The notes beneath the pieces are model-generated. The model was not told the origin of the DNA and did no database searches. It saw only the letters and a program-made list of their open reading frames with translations. 64,000 nt of DNA from Basidiobolus meristosporus CBS 931.73 (lineage: Eukaryota; Fungi; Basidiobolomycota). Of this stretch, positions 11,493 to 29,100 are shown one piece after another; positions within the stretch are counted from its first letter, which is position 1; every line of letters begins with the position of its first letter. The translations under genes and the position numbers were made by a program. The DNA lies in NCBI GenBank assembly GCA_002104905.1, contig MCFE01000490.1, forward strand, positions 3,042-67,041, in the 5' to 3' direction.

Positions 11493-14400
11493 ATGAAATT
11501 CGGAAAAACTCTGTTAAGAGTTCAAGTACCAGAATGGTCGAGGTAATCGATAGGCTAACGACGTGATGGTCCGCGTGTCCTTTTGTACTGAAATACGGGC
11601 TCTTTTTTCCGACTAGAAATTACATTTCCTACAAAGAGCTCAAGCAAGTTATCAAAAAGTTGAAGGATGACAGAAAGGATAACCCCAGCCTGACCGCTGA
11701 AGATACTTTTACGGGTACCGGGAATCCATATTCCTATTTACAAAGCCTGCCTCGTATATTAACAGACTTTCCTTGGATCCAACCCACACCAGAATTCTCC
11801 TACGCCTTGGATCGAGAGCTTGAAAAGGTCAATGGCTTCTATCTGTACAAAAGGGCGGAGATGGAAAGGAGAATGGTGATTCTGAACGAGAAATATCGGC
11901 AAATTCTCGTGAACGATGGACCAGCCTCGAGCTCAGAAGAGCAAGAAAACGCAACTGGGTTCAACGATCCGGAGGAGGATTCGGAATTGCTTTCTTCGCT
12001 CGTGGAGACACGAAATCACATGCATAAAATTTTACGTTTCGGCGAAGTAAACAAACAAGGCTTCTTCAAGATTCTCAAAAAGTAGTTTCAGGCTTCCTCC
12101 ATCATTGCACCGCCTGATTCGTCTAACCCAAGCTTTTGATGGGATTTCGATTAGATTCGACAAACAGTTGTCTATGGATATCAAGTCATCGTATCTGAAA
12201 ACCAAGGTACGTTCAACAAACAGGCTTATGTCCGCGTGGATGTACACTCAACCCAGAGTGCCCTAGGTCGAAATTCTGCCATTTGCTTGCTCGCCAGTGC
12301 TCAGCGACATGCTCGACAAAATCAACGATCTAATCACCCAAATGAAGTTGCGCAACGACAAAAACCAAGCCAAGCCTTCCGACGAGATAGGGAAGAGGAT
12401 AAAGTCGTTGATTTCGATAGATACCGAGGCAGAGCTGAAGAAGGCATTGCAGGAAAACAACGGCTCCAGGCTACTGGAGATCCTAGATCAGATCAAACAA
12501 AACTCTTCGGTCAAGCAGTACGGAGAGGATTCATACCAGTACAAGAAGATGGCCACAAAGCTTCTCTATAAGATATGCCAGCTAAAGGCGTTTGACTGTC
12601 TGAGAATCATTCTGGAGAAAGGGCTGTTTGATATCGAAAGCACCAAAGATGTCAACGAGCGCTCCTTAATACACAAGCTCGTGATTGGCGGGGGCGTGTT
12701 GAAGTCGAAGGAGGAGGCAGCCTTCCCAGACTCGCCGAACAAGAAGCCTCAGCAAGATTACTTCTCGTTGCTCAAGGCTTCTTCATCTGGCAGCCGCTCC
12801 CCTCTGCTGCCACCGAACACTCCCTCTTCTCCAAAGCCAGTGTATTCCGAAGATGACCCCACCCTGCTCTCCATCATATTTGAGTATCTTCCAAAGGAGA
12901 CCTTGTACAAAAACCCGGACATCTTTGGGCGGCATCCACTGCATTACGCGGCTCTGAATGGCTATACCAGGATCACCGAGTGCCTTGTCAAGTACTTGCT
13001 AGAGACCGAGCTGTTTACGGTCGGGAATGGGTTTGGGGATGATCTATGGTATGACCATGAGGGATTTAACCCACTTTTCTATGCAGCGATTAATGGCCAT
13101 GCCGAAATCGTTCGCATTCTTATCGAAGGTGGCCACTACAAATGCACCGTCGCAGACGCCATTGGTAAGTCGGAGAATGAGGTCTCTGTTTGATACTCGG
13201 GTCGCTAACAACGAGGAGTGTAGCAGCTACCGTTCCATCCATTTCGTCCGACCATGTGTTCGGCTCTGGGATTGTCCAAGCACATCTGCCAACCAAGCCG
13301 GCTAACAATATTTACCTGCAAAACCCTCTGGCTATAGCATGCAAGCTCGGCCATGACAATGTCGTGGAGGTGTTGCTTCAGCATGACATCGACGTAAATC
13401 TTGCCGACGAGGATGGGGAGACCCCTCTGCATCTTGCAGCCAGGGATGGATACAGCAATTGCGTCAAGCTTTTGGTGGAGTTTGGCTGCACTTCTACCAA
13501 CAATCCAGCCGAGTTGAAGTTTGCTCGCCGCAAGATCAATCTGGATGCAAGGGAGAGATTCAACGAGTGGACACCACTTTTCTTGGCAGGTCAGTGACAT
13601 TCCGTGGTGCCGTTTACATCGCCTAATTCTCAGTGCTGATGGCTCCTGTTTAGCGATCGAGGGCCACCTGAAGGTGATCGAGTTGCTTGTGAAGGCCGGC
13701 GCCGACATATCCGCAAAGGATGTAAACGACTGGACTCCTCACGAGCATGCGGTGTACCGAGGCCACCATGAAGCAGCGAAGCTCCTTCAGACCAATACCG
13801 ATGACCCACCAACGGCGACGGTCCCTTCAGAAATACTAACCAAACCCACGCCAGAGAGCTCGGGCGATTCGAGAACAGAGACCGTCATCCAGGTCGATCG
13901 TGCGTATGGACACAAATTCTTACAGAATCAGAGCGTGATCGTGATTACCCTTGGTACCAACGATACTCGTATCACTGTCCCACCAGTCGAGCTTGAAAAC
14001 AGCGATATCTCATTAATCTCCATGGTTCCAAGCACTTCGCTCTCATTGGTGATATCGGCCACTCATGCTAACGGCGAGCCAGCATATGTTGACCTGCCAG
14101 TCAGAACCCTGGCGGTGGATCCCATCATGTTCTACACCGAAAGCGTCGACGATGTTGTGCTCAAGTTTGACGTTGTTCCAACGTACGGGTCCTCCAAAAA
14201 GATCGTCGGTCGAGCAACCGCCTCTGTGCGCTCCTTGCGCTCCACCAGCACTAGAAACAGATCGAGTCTGGGGGGTAGCGTTACGGTCCCAATTGTTGGC
14301 AGCGACAATTTGGATGTGATCGGGTCGGTGTATTTCGACTTCACCATCGTCAAGCCGTTTGTGCACAAGAATCTGGTCGTTGGCTCCCAGAACACCTATT

Positions 14401-15649
14401 GGAAATCCATCACCACCAAGGTTAGTCTGTTCCATTAGAAGCGAAGTGAGCGAGACCCCAACTAACTGGACCATCAGGTGATTGGCCACCGAGGGCTCGG
14501 CGCCAACAAGAAGGTTGCTGGACAGGGGCATCTGCAAGTTGGTGAGAACACTGTCCTGTCGTTTGTGACTGCAGCCTCTCTTGGTGCTGAATATATTGAA
14601 TTCGGTTAGAACTGTTGGCTAAAATATCAGTGCTCAATCCATGCTAAACCCTTGGCTGTAGATGTGCAGCTCACCCGAGATCACGTTCCCGTTATCTACC
14701 ATGACTGGACCATCACCGAGACAGGCTTCGACGTCCCCGTCAACGCTATCACTTTGAAACAGTTCCGGGGTCTTCGTCCGGATAACACTGGCCTCCAGTT
14801 TGCCAGTGAAAGAAGCGCATCTCCAGAGAAGAGAGACAGATTCAGAGAGATGAGGCATAGAGGGCGCTCAAAGAGTTTCCATATCCCACGCTCGCCTGCA
14901 TCCGATGACGAGTACGGGTCAATCTTTTCCGCCACCGCGGAGAAGATGAAGGGGAACGGGTTTGGCACAATCCAGGCGCCATTCGCAACATTAGAGGAGG
15001 TGTTCAAGGTAGGCCAAGCTTCCATACTTGCCGACCGGAAGTTCGAATTACTTAATGTTGTGCGCAGCATGTTCCCAACTTTATAGGGTTTAACATCGAG
15101 GTGAAGTATCCGATGATAGATGAGGTTGAGGGAGATATGCTCTGGAGCAACTGCGATATCAACGAGTTCGTAGACCATGTGTTGACATGTGTTTATGATA
15201 ATGTTGGCGACCGGAACATCATATTTTCCTCCTTCCATCCTGATATCTGCTTGTTGCTCAGCCTGAAGCAGCCCAACTATCCAGTGTTCTTTTTGACTGA
15301 TGCCGGCGTGACTCGCATGGCTGATGCTCGGTGCAATTCCATCGAGGATGCCGTTCGTTTTGCCAAGTATGCGGGATTACTTGGGATCGTCACCATCTCC
15401 GAGCCAATCCTGGAAGCACCGAAGCTGATTCGCACCATCAAAGAAACCGGCCTTCTGCTGTTCACGTACGGAAGCCTGAACAACGATGTTGTCCACGTTC
15501 AGCGACAGAAGAAGTACGGAGTAGACGCGGTGATCGTGGTAAGTGGACCCGTTTCTTTTTCGGCTTGCTCTGTCCCAACCAACTAAACGGTGGTTGGAAT
15601 TTTGTAGGATTCTGTCCTTGCCGTGCGCAAAAGCCTCTCTCAAGCGTGA
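11493..15649 (+). CDS. GDE1: SPX-ankyrin-GDPD glycerophosphodiester phosphodiesterase, multi-exon
   Basis: SPX start MKFGKTLLRVQVPEWS...YISYKELK and NKQGFFKILKK. Ankyrin repeats (GRHPLHYAA, GETPLHLAA, WTPHEHA). GDPD motifs VIGHRG (~14478), DVQLTRDHVPVIYHD, GFNIEVKYP, NIIFSSFHPD, YGVDAVIV. Last exon 15608-15649. The intact HRG favours GDE1 over PHO81. Confidence 0.92.
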
Positions 15650-15944
15650 TCATATACATAACATATCAATTCTCCTAATAGTTAATAAATATGAGCTTAA
15701 TCCATCATGCCCAATATATATCGAGTATTCCACGATGATGGAATCTGCCATGAAAATTGAGATTGAGGCCGGTGATAGTTACCCGGAAAATCTGACTCGA
15801 GTGATAGTCCCTCCTTTGTCCACCTTGTTACTGGGTCTCTCTATTCTAAGGAGTGCATAATTCGCGACTTCACCTGACATTCAAGTGGTTTTCTTTAGAC
15901 AATAGGATCAAGTAATCAACCCTTCCCTTTAAGTTCGCCATATA

Positions 15945-18900
15945 ATGCCATGTATATTGAAAATCAAAGTACACAGTGCTCGAGATCTACCCGTGATGGA
16001 TCGAAAGTCCGAGCTGACTGACGCCTACGTGGAGGTGAGGTTTGCCGACTACGACGTTCAACGAACCTCTATTTGCCGGAAAACGTTGAATCCAGTGTGG
16101 AATGCTGACTTCCGAGTGGAGGTCACGGATGATGGAGACCTTCAGAATGAGCCTCTGGAGCTAAAAGTATTGGACTACGACACCATCACTGCAAATGACG
16201 CGGTCGGCTCTGTGTTGATCGATCTCAATCCTCTGCTTTTGTGGGGCTCGCCCAGACAGATAGCTGGCTGGTTCCCAATCTACGACACCCTTAGAGGAGT
16301 GCGCGGTGAGATCTACGTACAGGTGAAGATCCAGTTTTTCGGGGACGTGAATCCCTTCAAGGACTCGTCTGCTGGCGTCCAATTTTTCTCCGTCTCTACC
16401 GTCACCGAGAAATTCCCCATAGTGGCGATGTTTGGGTTTGTGGACGCTTTGCTGTGTGAGGACGATCCGGAGTACCATTGGAGCGATAGCTTTCGTACAC
16501 CCAGGTCCTCGAATGAGTCTCGACAACGGCTGCTATACAGAATGTCCGGGCAATTGAGGAGATTGCTGGGGAGGAAGGTGTTGGAGCTGGGTGGAAATGC
16601 TGTCCTCGGGTTCCAGCAATCGTTCGACTATGAGAGTGAGGAGAACACTATTACCGCCAGAGCCATTGGGACCGCAGTCCGACTGGCAGGAATCGATTCG
16701 ACTACTTCGCCGATGGAACGAATCTACACCAATATCGGCCAAAATGAGATATTTACCGAACCCTTGCCCTTGAGCGATGTAGAGGACGAGAACGAGGACA
16801 CAGGCGGAGCTGACTTGCCGGACATAGCGGGCGTTCCCATCAACAACGGCCATGGGAATCTCGTCGCATCCGACTCCAAAAAAGGCAACGACCTCGAAGA
16901 TCCGAGTAGCTTCAAGCACACCGCGCGCTCCATTACAGAACGGAGTCGAAAGAGCAGCTTCAACACCATCAAGACATTGGACCAGCAGATCTTCACCCTG
17001 CAGGACTTCCCCTCCGGCGCTATCCTGCGCATGGGGGGCGTAGTGGCCGCACGATCGGTCAAACTCATCGAGAACGATCGCACCGATGCACGCGAGGCGT
17101 GGTGGGATGAGCTTAGAGACGAGATCAAGTCTCACGCAAAGGTCCTGGGATGTCCGCATGTGATTGGATATTCGGAGAGTATCACCATCAACGACGACCT
17201 CTGTGTGCTGTCGGCCGTGGGCACTGCGGCCATCATAGATCTCTCCATATTCTATCCTCTGGCGGGAATCCAGCCCAGCGGATTGATCAACGAGGATTCT
17301 AGTGTGAACCCCATGTTCCTGCCCAGGAGCTACTCTAGTTCGTTGAAGGAGCGCTTCTTCTACGAGTCCACCTTCAAGCGAAAAAGACGCAGAAAAGAGC
17401 CGGAGGGTAAGTGTTTTCCATGGACCTAGTCGCCAAGAAGTTTTATTGATCTGATCCCTAGAGTGCCGAATGTGCCACATCCCGTACAGCGTCCACAACT
17501 CCCCGTTCCCCACCAAGCTTGTTCGTTGCGCCGGGTGCAAGAAGAAGTACGTGTCGGAGATTCTGCTCTCCACCACGGAGCTCCCGCCTGAGCTGGACGT
17601 GATGGGCAAAGGTTGCTACGTGGAGGCCCACGTGTGCCGTACGAAGAAAAACAAGGACGGCGAGTCGAATGCCTCGATCGTTAGCGATGCGATACCATTC
17701 GTCGAGTACGATATCCACCGGGAGTTGATGAACAAGCTGAAGATCCATTGCATGAATGCGATCTTTGGTCTTCGCTTGAAAATCACCGTTGGGGACTCGT
17801 TGATCGTCGCGGTGGCGTCCGGGACAGCGTGCTATCTGTCGGCGTTACCCATGCCGCCGTCGTTGCAAATCTCACGCAACCTCGAGGTCATCGACGAGGA
17901 AGATAGGAATCTACTGGAGATCCAGAAGAGAATCCTGGAGATCGGGGAGAAAAACAGAGAGTCGAAGGAGTTGGCCTTGGAGCAACGGGCGAAAAACCCT
18001 GAAACCCGCGAGCATCCCAACCCCTCCAGCAACGGGAACGAGGACTCGGACAGCGACAGCGACTCCTCGTCTAGCAGCGAGTTTGATGATTATGACACCC
18101 GACACAGCAATCTGGTCATCCAGATTGATGACGACGCTGACGAAGATTTCATGGCTGTTCTATTCGACCCAGAGATGCCGGAGAACTTTGAGATGTCCAG
18201 CACCGAGTACCTCCCGAACTCCGCGCTGTTGAGCCGTGACCAGCCATCCACACTGAATACAACCGTCAAGACCGTTACCTTGATGAAGCAGGTCAGCATC
18301 GGCGGTGCTCCCGACCATCTCAACCGACAATTGGCCGGCGTTTTCCGACGACTTTATGAAGAGATTCGATTCCGGCTGATTCTCTATCCATCCTGGGTGG
18401 TTGCCGGGATCCGCTTTGACATCCAGCTGCCCAAACCATTTGAGCTTCAGATCATCTTTGTTGCCACGGTGATCGCGGAGTCGTTCGAGTTGCTGAGCCC
18501 AAAGCTGGCCGGCAAAGTGGGCGCACTTTCTTTAGAACAGGCCTCTGCCAGCGCCGCTGAAGTGGATGCCGAGCCACAGCTGATGTTCAACATGGACGAT
18601 GAGTCTCAGCAGTTGCCGTCAGAACCTGCGGACAAGCCCAATCAATCCAAGCTCTCCCTCAATTCGGCCGAGCCTGGCTCGGATTTTGGTACAACTCGCT
18701 ATCCCTATCTCACTGGCTCGGTGGGTAACGAGCCCCCTTTGCCTCCACCCAAGATCGAAATGACCCCCTTGAGTTATATCCCCAACACCACAGTTGAGCG
18801 TTATCTAGGGAAAATCTCCCTCCACTTCGTCAAAGAGGCTCATGTTGTATACGACACGGTGACCGGGGGCAAGGCGGCATTCGTGCACACATTTATGACC

Positions 18901-19086
18901 GAAGTACAAGCATTGGCGCGGGCTCATGTTGCGGCCCTAGGCGGGAACGCCATCGTGGCGCTGAGAATCGATCAAACCGCATTCGAAGAAAGCTTGAAGA
19001 ATCAAGGGTACGGGCTCATCAGCATTAGTGGCGACGTCGTGGAGCTCAAATATGACAATTCGCATCTAACCCCACGGGACGTGTAG
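15945..19086 (+). CDS. C2CD5: C2 domain-containing protein 5 (KIAA0528/CDP138) homologue with YbjQ-like repeats, 2 exons
   Basis: N-terminal C2 domain (LKIKVHSARDLPVMDRKSELTDAYVEV). Repeated LGGNAVLG / LGCPHVIGY / MNAIFGL / LGGNAIVA modules and a CRMCHIPY Cys segment. Intron 17407-17461 joins the two ORFs in frame. Confidence 0.85.
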
Positions 19087-19310
19087 AGATTCATTTGTAA
19101 TTTTATTTCCATTCTTGAATAAATTAATTGTACTTTTAACTTGGCGGCGATGGAACAGACCGGGGTTTTTCCGAGATCGTGCATCCCACCGATGAACATG
19201 ATAGGCCCTCCTTGATGGAGTGATTGATCCTATTTCAAGTAGGAAGCGGCTCATTCGCATGTACGCCCTTAACATAGCACCTTTGGCTGGTTCTTTGTTT
19301 TCCGCCCAAG

Positions 19311-20983
19311 ATGACCACCACTCGACTAACCCTCCAGGGAAAGGTCGCTAGCGAGAGAAACCAACGGGTCTTTGCCGAGCTATTGCGCGACCCCAGCAAT
19401 GCAGTTTGCGCCGATTGTCGTTCACCTGGTTAGTTCCATCAAGGTGGCTCGATATCTCTTCCACCTTTTCACTCACCATGCTTCGAAGGTCCTTGCTGGG
19501 CTTCCCACAACCTTGGGATCTTTCTGTGCATGCGCTGCGCCGGAATCCATCGCAAGATAGGCACCCACATCACAAAAGTCAAGTCCCTGACCCTTGACTC
19601 TTGGACCACGGAGCAAATCGAGGTACGTACTTCATGCGCCGTTCTTCCTGTTGGACGATACTCAGCAGTCCGATAGAACCTGAAGAAACTAGGCAACAAG
19701 CACGTCAACGCCTATTTCAACCCCCAGCCTGAAAAACACCCCGTTCCCCACGGAGACAAGTAAGTCCCCGGCTTTGAGCCCCGCCACACCAGGCGTCCGC
19801 ACTCACTCACCGGCTCTCCGTTGCAGAGAAATGGAAAAGTACATTCGGGACAAATACGAGCGAAAGGTTTTCATGAGCAAAGAGCCGACCCAGAGAAGGG
19901 TAAGTTGACCACTCGCCACTCACCACTCGCTCACCGCCCTTCTTGTTAACGGAGAGTTCAGCCCCAGATAGAAAGTCCGAAGGTTGCCCCACAGCAGAAC
20001 TCTCTACTAGTCAAGCTTCGTGAACTGGGGTATACCGACCATGCCCGGAATGAACAAGCCTTGACCAGAGCGAACAACAATTTGGAGATGGCTATACACC
20101 TGCTAAATTCGATCCCCACCGGATCTGCCCCTGCTTCGACGCTGACCCGCTCGATGACTTATAGCGAAGGGTCCACCCAACAACCCTCGTACCAACGTCC
20201 TGTACCTTTACGAAGAAGCACGACCACCCAGCCGATTCCAAATGTTCTTGATCCTAACATGTTCGAGACCAAGGGATCCCCCATCCCCAATCAAGCTTTT
20301 GCGATCAATACGGCCCAGCAGCAGCAGCAGCAGCAGCAACTGCAACAATCCTTCAACCCAACATCGACGGCATATCCAAACCAGTACACGAACAGTCCAG
20401 CAGGAGTGTTAAACCAGCAAATCAGCCCACAAGGCTACGGACAGCCATTGAATGGCTATTACTCTAGCCAGCCGGCGTACACGAACAGCTTCCAGTCACA
20501 ATCCCAGCCGCAACCCGATCGTAAGCTACCCCTCTCTCGACTTCGAATTCCCCCTCCTCCCCCTCCTCCTCCACGAGAACTAATCCATTTGGATAGAGTT
20601 CAAGCACCAGGTCAACAAGGATTATATCATGTCATTGTATAGTCCCAGCTCCGGGCCGTCGTACAACCAGTCCCCTCAACAATTCCACTCCTTCAATCCG
20701 CAGCAGTCCGGTGTTGGAGGTAAGACGTCTGGGTGACCATCTTGAAAACCAAAAGGCTAACCGATCTGCAATGTCACATAGGCGCTCAGCAACCATTCGT
20801 GCAGTAAGTCCACTACACCTCGATCCTTCCCCAAGACGCATCCACTAATCCTAGCCCATCAGGGGAGGAAGCCAAGCCATGACCAGCAACAGTTATCAGA
20901 CGAACCCATCCATGAACAATCCACAGACACAACCGCCACCACACCAAGGCAACTTTCAGCCATCGGGTGATTGGTGGAACTGA
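19311..20983 (+). CDS. ArfGAP-domain protein with UBA domain and Q/P-rich tail (Gts1/ucp3/SMAP-like), multi-exon
   Basis: ATG at 19311. Spliced zinc finger CADC-x16[26 protein letters not shown], then KFIRDKYE-like ...[18 protein letters not shown]...[16 protein letters not shown], and poly-Gln. Stop TGA 20981-20983. Confidence 0.9.
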
Positions 20984-21820
20984 CTCCCCTACCCTCTCCT
21001 TTCTTCCCCCCCCCTCAACCTACACAAATAGCGATCGAATTAATATTTATATAATATGTGTCCAACCATGGGCTCCAACTTGTTGACAAAAACCAAATCA
21101 ATGAAGCAAAGACACTTCTGGGTGTTGAACCACCAACGAATCTCTCGCAGATGCTTGCCGGTCTCCTCTCCCCCCCTCCCTCCTTCCTACCCATGGAACA
21201 CAATCCTCCTACCGGCGACAACCGAGACTATACACCCCACCTCTTCAGGGATGTGCTGACCCGGTTTTGTGGGATAAAATCCGACCCACAGACCCAATTG
21301 CACGCATATGACGCCCGAGTGAGCAGGTGTGGGGATGAGTGCCAGTCCAAGTGTGTGTGTGGGTAAAGTTCACCTATCTGTATCACCATACTCACCGCCC
21401 CATATGGGATCGGACTCCCGGATCTCGGTTGGGACTGCTCTTTTGGGACCTGGCCATTGGATCTGGGATGAAGCAGGGGCGACCCATGTCTCCATTTCCA
21501 ACCGGTCAAATTTAACGGTGTTGTTTATTGAATAATCGACCGATGGAAGGCATATATGTAGGTATGGGTTGGGAGAGGAGGGGGGGTGGGCGGTGGCGAG
21601 AATTTTGGTACAAAAACTACTAGGGCGGAGGTCTCCCGATGGCAGCAGTGGAGTAGGGTTGGGAGCGAGAGCGGGAGAGGTGGGTTGCCGTCGAGTGTGC
21701 GGATAAAGCTGGGTGATACAAATACATTTCTGGTATCGGGCAAGGCTGTGGGGTCGGGATATTCGAGAAAAGGGCGCAACCAACTCCATGCTAGGCTCGA
21801 TCGGGGCAGGCTTGGGAATG

Positions 21821-25342
<3,522 letters not shown>

Positions 25343-26115
25343 CAAAGTCTGACTACTGTCGGCTCCATAGCTATTGGTCTCTTCGGAAAAGGGTTCAATC
25401 AAGGGATCCTTGAGGTCCAAAGAGCTTTCGGTCAATGCATCGTAATCCCCATATGTACGAAGGTTTAAAGATGATTCAAACTCCATTAATAGCTATACAT
25501 ACGCTGCTCTGACAACCTTCAAGTGAAAGAGAGTAAGTGTTCTCCGGGAATCACATGATTCTACTTTCCTTAGAATTTTCAGCTTTTTCTAGCAATCTGA
25601 TCCGTGGCTATCAGGTGAATGAATGCAATCGATTCCTTGGTAAATTTCCAATGATTGGAAATTGTAACATGTATCGATCCACTCTCGTCGAATCATTCGC
25701 TGCCCTGTAGTAACACTTGCGTTCAGGGTTCGGAGGCAGATTATTCGAGATTAGATGGACTGGATTAGCCCGTCCCATCACGAGCCAATCAAGAGTCACA
25801 TGCATCAAGGAGAATTGTATGCATCAGTCCAAGGGTTGATCGGTGCGGACAAGAGCATTTCTTTAATCCACGGTCTTTGGAAAATTAGCCGTTTAAGGAA
25901 TAATCTAATTAGTGTCTCCTCCAATTATTACCCATCTTTTTGGTGCCATTGTCACCCAACTGGTTAGTTAATATGCTACACATTCATCCGCTGATTGCTG
26001 CTCACCAAGTCGCCCGTACTTGTTTGTGTTGTACTTTACTCACCCACGTTTTCTTCTCTCCCTTTACCGTATATCCTTAATATAGAGTCGCTGAACCCAA
26101 CACCTCCCAAACCCC

Positions 26116-29100
26116 ATGTCTTCACTATTATACTCCAAGCATGCCAAACTGATTGAGAACTGTTATCCAACCATTATTGGTGAAACCGCACCCAAGTCCA
26201 GCGAAACCTCCTACTTACTCTTCTACGCCTCATCCAGGCCGGCCAAATTATTGAAGGTAGCCAACTATCTGGAGAAGCGGATGCAAAATGATACCTACAA
26301 GAAACGTAAATTGTGAGTGACCTCAAGCCTATCCCTTATAAGGACCTGTAGAGAACCTCCTGAAATAGTACACTAATGGAGCCTATTATATTCTAACTTC
26401 CCAGAGATACCAAAGTGACTTTAGCCATCATGAATTCCCTGTTGACAACCTGTACAAAAGACATCAACTTGTTTGCCAAAGGCGTGCTCAAGTCCATCTC
26501 ACTGGTTCTCGATTCCGGAGATCACGAAATCATGTGGGAAGCTTGTCATACGGTATGCCAGGATTGTTGCCCCCTCCCTTACCACAGTCTAGTTGACCAG
26601 GCTCTTGTTTACAGTTTGGAGAGTTCAGTGCATACTACGACGGCTCTGCTCTGGGTGTTGACAAAGAGCTCACCCTCCTACTGGACTCGCTGATTATTAG
26701 ATTTTGTAGTTTCTGCGATGCTAGTCATGCTGAAACTCAAGAGAACGTGCTCAAGTAAGTCCTCTTCCTCCAGGTGACGGGTCAACTGAATGAGTCTAAG
26801 TTTTCTTGCTGCCAGAATGAAATTGTTAGGTTTGAAGGCTATCGGGCCGCTGATGTCCAGTGAGCTGATCAAAACTACTCACGCAAGGGATTATTTTGAC
26901 TGTATCGTGCCCTCACTTCTGGTCAATATACAACAACTCGAGGCCAAGCATTCCGGGAACAATGCTCCGAAGCACGAGGCTAGAAGCTCCTGCAGGTAGG
27001 ACCTGTTTGTTCGGATTGAAGCTGTACTCTACTGACGTCTGGATTGTAGTAGCAGTCAGATCCCAGAGGTCGAAGAATGCGAGACGGAGCTAGCGACAGT
27101 CACCGTGGATGCTCTCGATTCAATTGCCTTGAAGCATTTCAGAAGCCTGATCCGAAGCTGCGGCGCAGCCAATCTGAACATCGTCACTGAGTTGGCATTC
27201 AAGTAATCTTACGAGTTGACAGAGTTCCTATGAAAGGCGAGCTCATTCTTCCTAGATTTTTAGATGATTTCAATATGTGGCACCGTGAATGCTACGATAT
27301 CAGCCTGGTCCACTTCCTGATAGCAGAGATGGAGGTTGGTAGTGTGTCATGTAGGATGTGGATCTCTGTTGACCTAAACCTTACTTAGTCTTCTTATCGC
27401 CACATCGTGATCAACGAAATCCTGCGGAGACTGAATTCGTGCACCGGTGGGGAGCTCAACCAGAAAAAGGTCATGCTAGCCTCGATGCTCGCGTCGGTGC
27501 TGACCAATCGTACCATCACAGTGGGCATCTCTGTCCTGGAGATTCTGAACGCATTGATCAATCATTTCAATAAATCCTTCGACGATGGCTCTGAAGGAAT
27601 CCTGGCTTTCCGTGAGAGTTTGCTCGAGGCAGTCGGTAAGAGAGGCACGGACCATTCATCGGCCACATATTTCTCACATGAAATTCCTGCATACAAAGGG
27701 GGTCTGGCTACCCACGTATACTATCCTGATCAGATCAACGACATCCTGAGCTTCATCGTGAATAAACTACGCCTTGGCTCTCGGGAGGAAACCATCGACG
27801 GACTCCCCATCTCCACTTTACGCGTGGCTCTCCTTCATTGCATGTCAGTGGTTGTCTCCAAAAATGAGAAGCACACCCAAGAGCAAGCGGCGATCTGTAA
27901 AATCGGGATTCCATTCCGTATCATCTCACCTACGCTCTCACTGTTCATGGACGAGAATCTGAGTACGTAGACGCTTGCACTTACCCCTCCCTTCTCTTTG
28001 TGGTCTCACGCTGCTTTGATATAGCTGTACGCAAGGGGTACGGATTGTTCTTTCTGTCATATCTTGATAGTGATATTGAGAATTGGTAGGTGCATCTTAG
28101 ATGGCGTATATGGCTGGATACTGATTCATTCAATCCCCTTAGGAGTATACCCTCCCGCAAGCTCTCGTCCAAGGGAAGGGTATGTATTTCTCTCGTTCAT
28201 CCAACCGCGAGTCAACCCCGCTAAACCTTGGATTTGTAGCTGATCTATCGAGCCAATGATCCGGGAACCGAGTTCCGAACGTCCATTCACGAGGTCCTCT
28301 TCGACTATGCCACCTCGAACTTCACTCTTCCACTAGACTACGCCTTGATCCTATTCATTTTAAAAACAATGATTCGCAAGTTCGAGCACGAAGAGTTTGT
28401 ACGGGCCATCCCAATGCTGTTCAAGCTTCAGGTATGCCAACGGCCATTTCAACCTCATTCCTTTCGATCCTCCATTGACCTCATCCCCATCAGGCGTTAA
28501 ATGAACACACCCCACCCGAGGAAGCTCTCTCCCAGCAAGCTTTAAATCAGGTTATCGCATCGTACTTCCTCCACGCAAGTGAGGTGCTTGAGATCCCCCA
28601 GCTGACCACCTACACTGAAGAGGTATCCGGAAGATTAAGGATCCCCTCACCACCTACCATTCTCACTTACCCTTCCGTAGATAATTTCTACCAGAAAGGC
28701 GGACAATCAGTGGTGGCCGGAACTTGAGCTTACGGAGCCCTCCGATCTAGAGAAATTAGAAGGAATAGAATTCAGGTAGAGCTCTAGTGGAGTTGAATCC
28801 TATCCTTCTCCACCGCCAATCCCGTTCAATAACCATGTTCACTTCGTAGCCATCTGGCCGCCCCACTGTCGCAGACCCCACATGCGACCATCTCCTTAGA
28901 GAAGATCAAGAACATATTGAGCTGGAACTCGGAGCTCTGCGGGAAATATGCCGACCTAGAGAAGCGGCTCTCCGCGGATTACGTGCCGAACGCGAACGGA
29001 TACGACTTCCAGAACACGAAGGGGAGGATTCGTACTTCTCGGATCATCGATGGACTGAAGCCGAAAATCGCCCAGCCCGCTAGAAACAAGTCGGAGGTGG

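Noticed and set aside
16533-17609. 358-aa antisense ORF over C2CD5 (and similar antisense ORFs over GDE1, IRE1 and the lactonase)
   Set aside because: Shadow ORFs of GC-rich coding sequence with no independent motifs.
21058-21510. Small ORFs between the ArfGAP and IRE1 3' ends, including a 22-nt GTGAGT...TAG segment reminiscent in size of a HAC1 intron
   Set aside because: No bZIP domain and no IRE1-type CNG/CAG stem-loops seen. The segment is too short for the spliceosomal introns here, so this is probably overlapping 3' UTR or intergenic sequence.
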